From Caecitellus pseudoparvulus (lineage: Eukaryota > Protista > Bigyra: Bicosoecida), in NCBI GenBank assembly GCA_965644315.1, contig CBFFRQ010000002.1, forward strand, positions 37,774-101,773: DNA of 64,000 nt. The letters are read 5' to 3'. Both the position numbers and the translations under genes were made by a program. The number at the start of each line of letters is the position of its first letter. Positions within the stretch are counted from its first letter, which is position 1. A model generated the notes under the pieces. It had not been told where the DNA came from and made no database searches. It saw only the letters and a program-made list of their open reading frames with translations. This document shows positions 15,001 to 27,000 of the stretch, one piece after another.

Positions 15001-18000
15001 GGCTCCCGAGTGCAGGAGGTAGCAGGTACTGCGCTGTCCATGTCAGGTACGTCTGACTTGGAGATCGAGTTGCAGATGTGCGTGCCTGGGCTGGAAGCTA
15101 GTAGTTTTGTGTCGAGCTCCACAGACTGTGACAACCTGGCAGGCCTCTGGCAGGAGGAAGTCATGCCAGCGCTGGCAGCTTTGGGCACCGCACCCAAGGA
15201 TGCTCACGTTGCCACGCTGTCCAAGTTGGAGGGAATGCTGAATGTCACCAAGCGATACGTTGCTGCATCGAAGGCGGCATTGGGCAGCACGAAGCCACCA
15301 TCACCGACTGCTGGGGACCTCATCCTCATGAAACGTGCTGATGTTGCGGGGAAAGTTTCTGGCGTTATGCGGGTGATCATCATCCTGCAACGCATGAACC
15401 AGGGCCTGCCCATCGTGCGCATGGTTGGAACAGCGGCAGAAATCTTGTCTGAGCCGTTCAACCTGGGCGACTTCCAAGACCTCCTTTCCAAGCTGAACAG
15501 GCTGCTGGCCTCTGCCTCCCTCGGCTCTGAGGACGCCCTGGGGGCGCTGTCGGCATCCCAGATGGGCTGGGTACTTCGCCCTGTGGCTGCATTGAAGGCA
15601 AAGGCTGATGCCGCTGTCGCTGAGTTGCTTGCCGAGAGCGAAGAACTCTCAGCCTACTTCCCGGACGGCATTCAGCGCGGGTCTCTCGCCGAGTCCCTGC
15701 CAGTGTCTCTGCCCGAGGGTCTGGCCCTGTTGGTGGAGATGCGCGACGCTGCAGCTGCATTGGACTCCATCCTGAAGTCCATCGCTTCTGCCGCGCCGAC
15801 ATCTGTTCCTCTCAACTCGGCATGGAATGTCTCAGAACTGGCATCGAACCTGGCAGCGAATGATGTTGCCAGTGTTTTCGGTGAGTTCCAAGACACCATC
15901 CCGTCGTTTGTGCTGGAGCAGCCTGTGCTGGGCGTTTGGTGGTTTGCAGTCAGCCTATCCAAGACCATCAGCAACGTTGAAGCTCTGGAGGCCATTCGTG
16001 ACTCGTACGAGCCAGTTGGCGCAGTCCTGCTTGCCGTGGAAGACGTTGCAGCTCCGCTCACCAACCTTGGCATCCCTTCGCTGGACGGCATCACGTCAGC
16101 TGTGAAGGCCATCAGTCTTGGTGTGGACGTCGCTGTCGCAGTGCGTGACACAGGTCTGGCTGTGTTCAGGCTCGCTTCAGACGTTGCGTCATTCGGCGCC
16201 GATGCACCCATGGCTCGCCTCTTCGGTGAAGCCGTGGACTCCATCAAAGTCACCATTGAGAAGATCCAAGTTGCTGCAAAGGCCATGTCTCTCAGCGCTC
16301 CAGCTGACGTGCTCACTGCCGTAGATGTGCCAGCTGAAGTGCAGGGCGTCGTGACCGACCTGCAAGCTGTGCTGTCTGGCACCACTTTCTCCGCCTCGAA
16401 CCGACAGAAAGTGCAGCAAGTGGCAACGGCTGCATCCACACTCATCACGACTCTGCGCACAGTGGCTGGACGCCCCCTTCACGATCTGACTGTGGCCAAC
16501 TTGGACCAAGTTGCGAAGGATGCGACTGCCTTGCGCAAGGCCATAACATCTCTTGGGGACTTGCAGGTGCAGCTCCCTGGCGCACTGCCTGCAGCGCTCT
16601 CTCAGGTGCGCTCGGTGTCTCGAGTGCTGGCCAAGGCAGCGTCTGCACAGAGCACTGCGCTGTCTTTGATGAACACTCGAGCAGTGTCTGAGCTGATTTC
16701 TCAGGGTGGTGCCCTCTTCTCAATGTTCACGACGCTCACAGACAACTCCTTGACTGTCTCAGCTCGTATCAAGGCCGTCGTGGAGCAGCTCGGGGACATT
16801 GTCTTCTCTGTGTCGTCGGTGCACCAGGCGGCCTTGCTGCCTATGCTGCGCCCACTGCTCAAGGATGCTGATTCCTTGGCGGCCACCTTCAACCAGGTCA
16901 CAGATGTTGCTGCTGTCCTTGTGGACACCAACCTACCAAGCAGCGCCTTGGCTGCTGGGGGCTCTGAGGCCACGGCTGCGTGGGATGATGCCGCCAAGGC
17001 CGCGACTGCTCTCGAGGAGGATTTGTCCCAGTGGTTGGATTTCGACACCGGTCTGCCATCCATCCAGCTTGCGCAGGACAGCCTTGCTGACACTGGCCTG
17101 AGCGTGGTCCTGCACGCAGGCCGGCTCCGCGCAGCCCTTCTCAAGTTGCCCGAGCCAGCGCTCACGGCTTTGCAGGCGCACGGCCAGTCCATCAAGAAGC
17201 TTGCCCGTGAGAGCTTGATGGGCATCCTGCCAGGCGTTCCCGACAGCCTTGGTGTGCAGGTCGTGTCAGTCTTGTCCGATGTCTTCCGCGTCGTGAACGT
17301 GATGGATGAGTTGCTCACCATGGCGTCAGAGGGAGCTTCCCCAGTCGAGCTGGTGGTGCATGCGCTGCCCACCATGGAGTGGGCGCTGGAGCAAGCTGGG
17401 TTTAACATTGAAGAGCTGAAGGACAAGATCAATCAAGCCGTCACAGACATGATCAACGGCATCATTCCGTACATTCCTAAGCCGGACCCGCTGGTGGCAG
17501 TCATGGACACCGTACTGAAGGTGGAGCCAAAGATGATCGCTGTCGCTGACACAATTGAGGGCGTTCTGGCCCCGGCAGAGACGTTCATGACAGGGCTTGT
17601 TGTGAAGATTGACGCCATTGACGCGAAGGTCACTACTGCCGTGCAGGAGGTGAACGCAACGATGTCCAAGTATGTGGGCATGGCTCGTCAGGTCATTGAC
17701 TTCATGAAAAACTCTGACGAGCTTGTGCTGCTCATCCAGGAGGAGGTGCAGACTCGCTTGGCGAACGTCATTGATAAGGTTCAAGAGTTGGTGGAGGGCT
17801 ACATTGAGGATCTGCGAGTTTTCCTGCGTGACATCGTTGACACCGGTGTGGAGGAGCTGAACCGACTGGTTGAGGCGGGCCTGGTGGTGCTGCGTGCTGC
17901 TGGCTCTCGGGCCATTCGCTACGTAAGCAACTTCACAATTGGTGCTGAGAACATGGAGAAGGCGAACGAAGTCATCAACGCCTACGCCAGCCTGAACGAC

Positions 18001-21000
18001 GAGCTGTTCAATGATGCTGACCACGTGATCGACACCGTCTTTGACTTGGGCAAGCTGGTTGTGTCCATCTCCAACGCAATTCCCGACGAAACGGGCGACC
18101 GCATGCGCACTGCAGGGCGTGCAGTTGTGTGGGTGGCTGAGCGGGCGTACGAAATCAACGACTTTGCCTTCCGCGCGAAGAAGAGCGCAGAAAAGATCAG
18201 GGATGCTGGAGGGGTGGTGGCGTTCCTGGAGGGTATCATGGATCAGCTGATCCAAAAGGCAGGGGATATTGCCAAGGGCTGGTCAGAGATGCTCCGCAAG
18301 GAGGGATACAAGTGGATGGATTACATTCCCGACCGACTGCTCAAGATTGTGGCAGCTGCCCGGAAGATGCTGGACCAGTTCATCGACGACCTCATGGCCA
18401 AGGCGCTGGAGTTTGTGCGTGAGCAACTGAAGAAGGTGGAGTTTGTTGGCGAAGAAGCTGAGCGTCTGCTTGGGTATGTGGACTATGTGTACGCGTTCTT
18501 GGACAACCGGAAAGTCGTCTCGCAGCTCATGTCTGATGTGTCTGGCGAGCTCAACAATGCCCTCGCGGTGCCCCAGGCAATCCGCGGGGCCGTAGATGTT
18601 GGCAAGGGCCTGTTCAGGCAGGTGCGCGCAGCTCGGGATATGTTTGCCAACTTTAATCCTGCTACAGTCAAGATCGCCAAGCTTGACATTGGACTTGAGG
18701 ACCTCGTGAGTCTCTTTGACAAGCAGACGTGCACGTCTGTGGCTGTGTGCTTGAAGGATGTGTTGCAGCAGCGTGTCAGCGAGATCCTGCTGGAGGTGTT
18801 GCCGATTGGCGACGGCCTGCGCGCCGTGGCTGCGTTCCCAAGCCAGGTGAAGCAAGCGGGGGATGCGCTGGTTGCCTCCTCCAAGGCTGCTGTTGACGCC
18901 ATGTCACGCACCCTGGACAGCTTGACAGCCACGATCAAGACCGTGCTGCCTGGGCGTCGACGTGCTCTGGCTGGCCCGCGCCGCCTTGGCACGATGCGCG
19001 ACATCTTGGAGGCGCTCCCTCTGGACGAAGCGGAGGACTTCTCCAACACGCTCGTTACCTACACCGAGTTCGCCCGCAGCACGATTCGCACCATCCGGGA
19101 GAAGGCAAACCCCATTATCCAAGGCGCCCGCTCCGTTCTGACGACCATTCGGGACATGAACCCGTCCAAGGAGGCCGCCCGCCGCATCTTCGAGATGACC
19201 AGGGACCTGTTCGACCCCATCGGCTTCGTCAAGGAGCAGTTTGCGTACGTGCGTCGCGAAGTCTTCGAGCGCATCTACGCTGCGAAGAAGTGGGCTCGCG
19301 ACCAGGGCCAGGCAGTGGCAGCCATTGCACGCGACGATTTTGTGGCGGCTGCTGAGTTCGCTCTGTCAGTTCTGGGAGAAGTGCGATGGATCATCGAGCA
19401 AGTGCGGCCCTACCGCGACCTGGCTGAACATGTGGCTGATGAAATTCGGTACTACATCAACCTGGTGGGGCAGTACATCGGTCGCGGGACCACTCGACCC
19501 GACCAGCTGCGCCCCTACTGCGATCCCGAGGAGCAGCCTTGCCTGCACGTTGAGAGCCGGCGTGGGCCGATTTACGAAGGCATTCTGATCGGCTCCATGA
19601 CGCACTTCTGGTACGAGAACTTCCCTCCTGCCTTTGGCTCTTGTCAAGCGTTTGGATTCCCTTGCCGCCATGATAAGTGGCGATTCACGGTCCCTGGCCT
19701 GTTTAACGATTGGCAGCCACGCGGAGTGGAGGCCATTGACTACCGCAACACCATCATCACCTACGTTGGTACGGGCGATAACGAGGGCAAAGCATCCTTG
19801 TTTGTTGTTATCGACGATCGCAACCGTGTCAAGCGCATCTTCCAGCTGGAGGAGGCGGATGGCACCCCATATGACGGCGGAGTGGGAGATGTGGCCATCG
19901 CAACGTACAGCCTGAACAAGGACAAGATCATCTGGACGTGCAGCGACAAGGCAGACTGGGAAGCAGCAGATAAGGAAAAGCGCATCGTCCCAGCCGAAGC
20001 CCGTGACGGGCACATCATTGCCTTTGACTACAATAATTTCATGCGCCAGCTGAACAGCGGGCCCACCGTGCAAACCCTGCGAGCGAAGCCGGGGTACAAG
20101 TTCTACGTTGACGTCAAGGCCAGCTCCCTTTTCATGGATGAGCGAGCCACCAGCGAGGACAGCCGCATTCTGTGGGTTGGTGAGACCTATGAGCCTGGTG
20201 ACCCCGCGACACGCCCCAAGACGAAGACCAAGGGTAAGCGAACTCGCGGCCGAGGCAACTCTCGCTCCGGCAAGCGCCCCCGCAAATCGCGCAAGACCAA
20301 GTCCAAGAAGACTGCCTTGACGCGCACCAGTGACGAAGATGACACCAACCGTTTCACTTACACTCTGGATGTTTCCCCGCACCACAAGGTCTCGGGCCAG
20401 TACAGCTCCAGCTTCTGTCGCAAGGGAGCTCACGGCCAGTACTCCTTCGGCGCAAATGGCCCAACATCGGCCAGCCCAGATGAAGTTAACAACGCTTTCA
20501 AGAAGTGTCAGAAGGGCTGGGTGGCTGGATACTCCATCGACTCGTCCAACGGCAAGCCCCGAGCTGAGGTTTCAGGGTACAGGTACAAGCCAGATGGGGC
20601 ACCATCATCCATGCCCCCTGGTGAGGAAGTGCTCATCCCGAACTTTGTAGTGCAAGCTGGCGCACGCATGAGGGGCTGGTTCACATTCAAGCGCCTTGGA
20701 TTCCTGACTGGAGCTGTCAGCAGGTGCTCGTACGCACGAGGCTACCCCAACTGTCGCATCGAGTGGCACACACTGGAAGCCTCCGGCTATGGTGCAAACC
20801 TGCTTGGAACTCTTGACGGCCACGAACTTTCAGCCGCCATCAATGCCTGGCAAGATAAGGGCAAGTGGGTGTTGGTTGAGGGCAAGGCTCCAGCTGCAAC
20901 AAGTGCTGCAAACAAGGGCAGCGGGTCTCCGAAGAAGGGCTCTGGTGGCCGCAAGCCCAAGTCGAGCTCGAGCTCCAAGGCCGCGACCAAGTCAACCGGG

Positions 21001-24000
21001 CAGAATGACCAGAGCACGGGGACGCAAGCATACGTTATGCGGGCACCAGCTGGTATTGAGTCGATGACGCTGTACCAGGACGATCGCGTGACGTTCTGGA
21101 TGGTGCTGTCCAGCGCCGGGACAAACTCTGTGAACGAGCAGCTGGCACGCATTTCGGGGTGGGTGGATGACTCCCTTTACAAGCTCACCCTTCCGGCAGT
21201 CAGGACGGTGAAGCCGCAAGTCGTGGACAATGTGCTGTACTTTAAGGTGCGCAAGCATAAACCCCCCGTCATGCAGTACGTCGTGCGGCAGCGCTGCTTG
21301 ATTCCCGGCCTGACCAAGAAGTTGTGTGACGAGCACAAGAAGGTCCCCAAGTACTCCCTGAACCGCCGCCTCTCTCAGCGTGGCTTGGCTCACGCTCGTG
21401 ACGCAGATGTGGTTCTGCATCTGAACGCAGAAGGGCAACTTAAAGATGGCATCGACTTGCACACTTTGCAGGGTGTGGGAACAGCCGCGGCAACGTCAGC
21501 CCACCGCATGTTGATGCCCAGCAGCACATATGCAGATGCGCGGCACGCTTCGTCGGCTCATGGAGTGGTGCTGCAGGCAGCTGATGGCACTTTCATTCGA
21601 GTGCTACCTGCCCACCTGAATGACCCTGCGCTTGAGGAGCGCCTGTGGGAGGTGTCCCGTGACCTCCCCCACATTCACCATGTGGCGCATAAGTCTGCGC
21701 TGCAGAGGCTGGCCCGACCTGCCGCTGACAAAGTGCCTTTTGGCGGTGTGCTGCATGGTGGTCAGTCATGGGCACCCTCAGCCGACGGCCACTTTGGCCA
21801 TCATGACTCTGCTCTGCAGGTTCGGGGCGGTCGTGCTCTGCAGCAGGCCAAGGCAGACGACGAAGAGGAGTACAAGAACTGTCTGCAAGGCAGCTTCAAG
21901 TTGGGGACGTTCGACATTCCCTTTTACCAGCTGAAGTTCCGCGTAGACGGTGTGCCGGACATTGGTCTGCGCATCGAACTGTTCGCTGGCATTCGTGTGG
22001 ACATCTTCTTCGATGTGGCTTTTTGCCTGAAGGAACAGCTGATTGTCGCGACTCTTTCTCCCGAGCTGTACCCCGCAGTGGAGGCGAAGGGTGAGGTCAA
22101 CGCTGGCATTCTCAGAGCTGGCGGGCGGTTGCTTGGTGTCCCCGCAAAGACTCGCCTCGTTCCGACCCTGCTGCTGGGCCTCACACCGGGTGGTGCCTTC
22201 CGCATTGGGCTGCGCATGGATGTCGGCATCCAAGGCCCGTCCATCGAGGCCAGCGCCTTCTTTGATATCCGCATTTGCATAAAGATCAGAATAGACTGCG
22301 GCAAGTGGATCTGCTGGCCAGTCATCAACATTATATGGTGTGGAGAGGTCGGCTTTACGTTCTTCAGGTACACTTCTCGCTGGCATGACAAGCACCTGTT
22401 CACCATCTCCAACAGGAGCCCCGACACGTCTCCCCCAGAGACGGCAGGCGCCTTTGTGGACGCACTGCAGACTGATGCGCAGACAGTGCGTGTCACGTGG
22501 GGCGGATTCTACGACCCTGAGGCCTATGTGCGCTTCTACTCTGTGGCGCTTGGAACACGGCCAGGGTCCGCTGACATTGGTTCGTGGTACAGAGATCGTG
22601 AACTGAGTGAACACGAGTTCCCAGATGTGCTATGCCCACCCGAAGGCACTCGTACATATGCCACGGTCGTGGCGGAGAACTCCGAAGGCTTGACCTCCAC
22701 TGTGTACGAGCGCTTTGTGTGTGACTCCACTGGCCCTGAGGTGCTGGACCTGCAGATCTTCGACAACTACAAGCAGCGATGGGTGCTGTCTTCGGACTTT
22801 CAAATCCTCAACAACACCAGGAACTTGGACGCCCGCTTCAAGATCCGCGAGCCCTCAGCACACGCGAACATATCGCTGGTGAAGTTCAGCGTCGGCAGCG
22901 AGCCTGGCGACGAGGACGTGATGGACTTGGTGGACCTGGGTCAAGCCGACAAGCTGCGCGCCAAGTTTGGCGGGTACTACTACGCCGAGGCCGAGCGCAT
23001 CGAGCTGAATCACGGCAACTACTACTACTTCAACGTGGAAACCTTTAACACGTTGGGTCTGCGTGCCGTGTTCTCCTCCCACGCCATCTTCATTGACCAC
23101 ACTGGCAGCTATGCAACCCACATTCACGAAGCTGGTGGGAAGAATGGATTTGCATACCGCAATGACGACGTCGTGTACTTTGGATCCAACCAGAACATGG
23201 CTGTGAAGTTTGACGCTTTCGAGGATGATAACGGCATCGAAACTGATGTGTACTGGGTGAACCTAGTTGATGTGCGCACGAACAGGCGCCTGCTACCCCC
23301 TCGTCACCCAACCCGGCCCACCTTCCCGTCCCACATGTTCATTGGCGCAGCAAGGGAGTTCGGCATTCTCATGCCACTTGACCAGCTGTTAGTGGAGGGT
23401 AGGGAGTACCAGTGGAGCATCATTTCCCGCAACTCTGCGGGGACGCACCGGGAGTCGCGTTCAGACGGCTTCATCTGCGACCCAACGCGTGCCAGCGTCT
23501 TCAACATCCGTGAGATGAAGGTTGACCCCGACGTTGACTACAAAGAGATCGAAGCAAACCCCACTCGCACGGACGACAAGACCGCGCAGCCGATTCTGCT
23601 GCCTTCTTCGTACCGAGATGACGAGCTTGACTTTGTCTCTGAGTTGCCACTGCTCCACTTGCAGTGGCAGGCGTGGGATACCCTGTCTGGTCTGAGGCGC
23701 GTGCTTGTGGGGGTTGGGCCCACGCCGGGCAGCGACCTGTACATGAACTGGCAAGAGCTGCCGCATGCGAACCAACAGGAGGCTGTCTTCTACGACATCC
23801 CCCTGCTGCCTCACATGCCCGCCTTCACGACGCTGCGCATCATGAACGAGGCCCGCGATGATCGTTGGGAGATCTCAGACGGGCTGGCTGTGGACATCAC
23901 GCCACCGTACATTGACAGGCCATACCGCTTCTTCGACTGCGACACTGACACCTCAATTTGCTACATTTGGGGGGACATCATCGCCCAAGCTGACAACACA

Positions 24001-27000
24001 AGCATGATCTCGACGTGGATGAACGGCTTCTTTGACCCACACTCCTTTGTTGGCTTCTACGACGTCTTCCTGGGCACCAAGCCCTTCTCTGACGCTGATC
24101 AGCCAGGTTGTGCAGACTATGTCGGTTTCAAGCGTAATGACATTCCTCAGGACGTGTTGGATAAGGACAAGGTGCGCAACATCACCGTGAGGCTGCCCGG
24201 CACTGCAGCAGAATGCGCGACGGCTGAAGGAGCGCCGAGCTTCTACGACCTTATTGGCCCCATTCGCCTCTCACGCTTTACGTTCCGCTACAAGTGGCAG
24301 AACCTGAGCTTCCCCTTGGAGCACAACACGGAGTACTTCACCACCATTCGTGCCACGAACCTGGCAGGCTTGGAGTCATTCGCCAGCACGTCTGGCGTGA
24401 AGATTGACATTACGCCACCCTTGCCCACGACGGTAGTGGACGGCAACCGCCAAGCTCCCAACTTCCCAAACCTGAACCCTGCTGTTGCGGACAACTTTGG
24501 TGACATGCAGTATCAACGTGGGGATGAAATTGTGTTTGCGTCTTGGATCCCTGTCGTGGACCTGGAGACGAAGGTCGTGCGAACACGGGTGTGGGCGGAA
24601 GACGCCAACGGCACGCGTGTCAGTGATGTTGGACTGCTGGCGCCCAGTGGCATCCCTGAAGAGGGCCTGGCGTACGCTACCCTTGGAACACTGTCTGGCA
24701 CGAAGCTGCAGCACGGCCACACATACTACATGGTCGTGGAAGGCGAGAACCAAGCCAAGCTACGCAGCAGCAGCGTGTCAGATGGCGTGTTTGTAGACAC
24801 GACGCCTGTGGACATCCCTTGGGTGGTGCTGGCCACGAACGACTCTGTTGCCAGCGCCATCACATCGAACGAAGTCACCCTCGGCTTGCAGTGGCGTGCC
24901 CTGGAGCCAGACTCCGAGCTGTTCACGTGCAGGTACACGCTGGGCACTTTCCCGCGAGGCGATGACATTGTGGACGAGACCCTGGTGTTCCCGTGGCAGT
25001 CTTTGGCGCCTGCCTCTGTCGAGTCCCGCGTGTCTGGGCCGCAATACCGCACACCTCCCGCAACACGAGATGGCGGCCTTGGCGACCAGGCCGGGCAGAC
25101 AGTTGGCGACGCGATGAACTCTTACGACTGGAACCGACCCGTGGAGCAGGCAGTTTCGCACTGGATCACGATGCCTGCCAGCGACATCGTGGACAGTGCA
25201 ACTGTGTATGGGCGTGTGCGCTGTGACAACCGCGCTGGTGCAATTACGTTCAAGTCTGCCGAGAACACGGTGGTCGTTGATAAGACCGACCCTATTGCAG
25301 GGCTGGTGTGGGACGGCATTCCTGGCTCGCTCGACATGCAGTTCCAGTCCATCCGCAAGATCATTTTCGCCACGTGGCTGCACTGGGCTGACTATGGCAC
25401 TGGGATTCAAGACTTCGTCGGTTGCGTGAAGAGCACGCGGGACGGCCCCTGCGACATGTCGGCGGAGATTTCCTTCGGCACAGCTACAAGCGGCGTGTTC
25501 TCCTTCCAAGACAACCCTCTTCCAGGTCACGAGGACTACTTCGTGCAGATCACGGCTGTTGACGGTGTTGGTCACACCGCGACTGTGGTGTCGGACGGCA
25601 TTTACATCGACCACACGGGGCCTTCCGACGGCTTCGGCACGTACACAGCCCATGGTTTGGTGGGTGAGTACCCTGAAGGCTTCGAAGCACGCTTCACAGG
25701 ACGCCAGGGCCGCATGACGTTCAACTGGGGTGGATTTGCCGACAACCAGACTGGCATCTTGCGGTACGATGTGGGCGTGGGCACTGCTCCGAACGAGACA
25801 GATGTCATGCAATTCCAGAGGGGTGCTCTGGCCACGCAAGGTGCAGCCCAAGGTGTTGCTCTGACGCACGGCCAAGCATACTACGGCATCATTCGTGCGG
25901 TGAACACCATTGGCCTGCATCACGTTGTCGCCACCGACCCCATCGTGTACGATGAAACGGCGCCGCTGTGCGAGGTTTGGGACGGGCCCATCCGCGGGGT
26001 TGATGCAGACGTGACACCTCAGTTCGTGCCCACCATCCAGTGGAAAGTATCGGACCCCGAGTCGGGCGTCACAGCCATCCGATGGGGTGTCGGGCGGGTG
26101 AAGGGCTCGGACGACCGGATTCCATGGCAGACAGTGCCCGCAGCTGACTTGCAGGCGCTCTCTGATGCCTTCTTCCTGTACACGCAGGACGCTTGGCCAA
26201 CCGGGGAGACGTTCTACTTGACTGTGCGCGTGACGTCAGGCACGCTTGCCACGACAACATGCAGCACCGACGGCATTCTCGTCGACCTGACAGCCCCGAC
26301 CGTTCGGCTTAACCCACGAGACGGTCCCAGTGTCATTGACGTGGACTTCACCGCAAACACTACGCATGTGCACACGCGCTTTGCGTTTGAAGACCCCGAG
26401 ACGCTCGTGGGCGACTTGGAAGTTCGCGTCGTGAAGCCGCAAACAGCTGGACTCTCTTTCGAGAGAACGGACGTGCCACTGACTGCTTGGATCGCCATTG
26501 ACGCTGAGATCGACCCGGCTGGAGGCGTCAGCGTCATCTTGCCTGTGGACCAGCCCATGGTGCACGGCGGGGGATACCTTGTGCAAGCCCGAGGCAAGAA
26601 CGCCGTGGGGCTGGGGGTGCTGGCTGAGTCGGACGGGTTCCGCATCGACTCCACTCCGCCCACAGCTCACTGGGCTTCAGACGGCGCCTCGCCCAACGCT
26701 GACATCGACCTGCAGGCCACCCGCGGTTCGCTGCCTGCTTGCTGGTCATTCAGTGAAGACGTGACAGACATTGTCCGGTACGAGGTGTCTGTGGAGCAGT
26801 CCCTGGAAGGCGAGGTCTTGACGGTTCAGCCGTGGACGTCAGTTGGTCTGGTCACATGCGCCGCTGCATCTGGCTTCGACCTTCGACAGGCAGCGACGTA
26901 TGTCACGCATGTGAAGGCTGTGAACAAGGTTGGGCTGTCCACCGTCATCTCCACTGATGGCGTGACAGTGGATATCTCAGGTCCAGTGCCAGGCATCACG

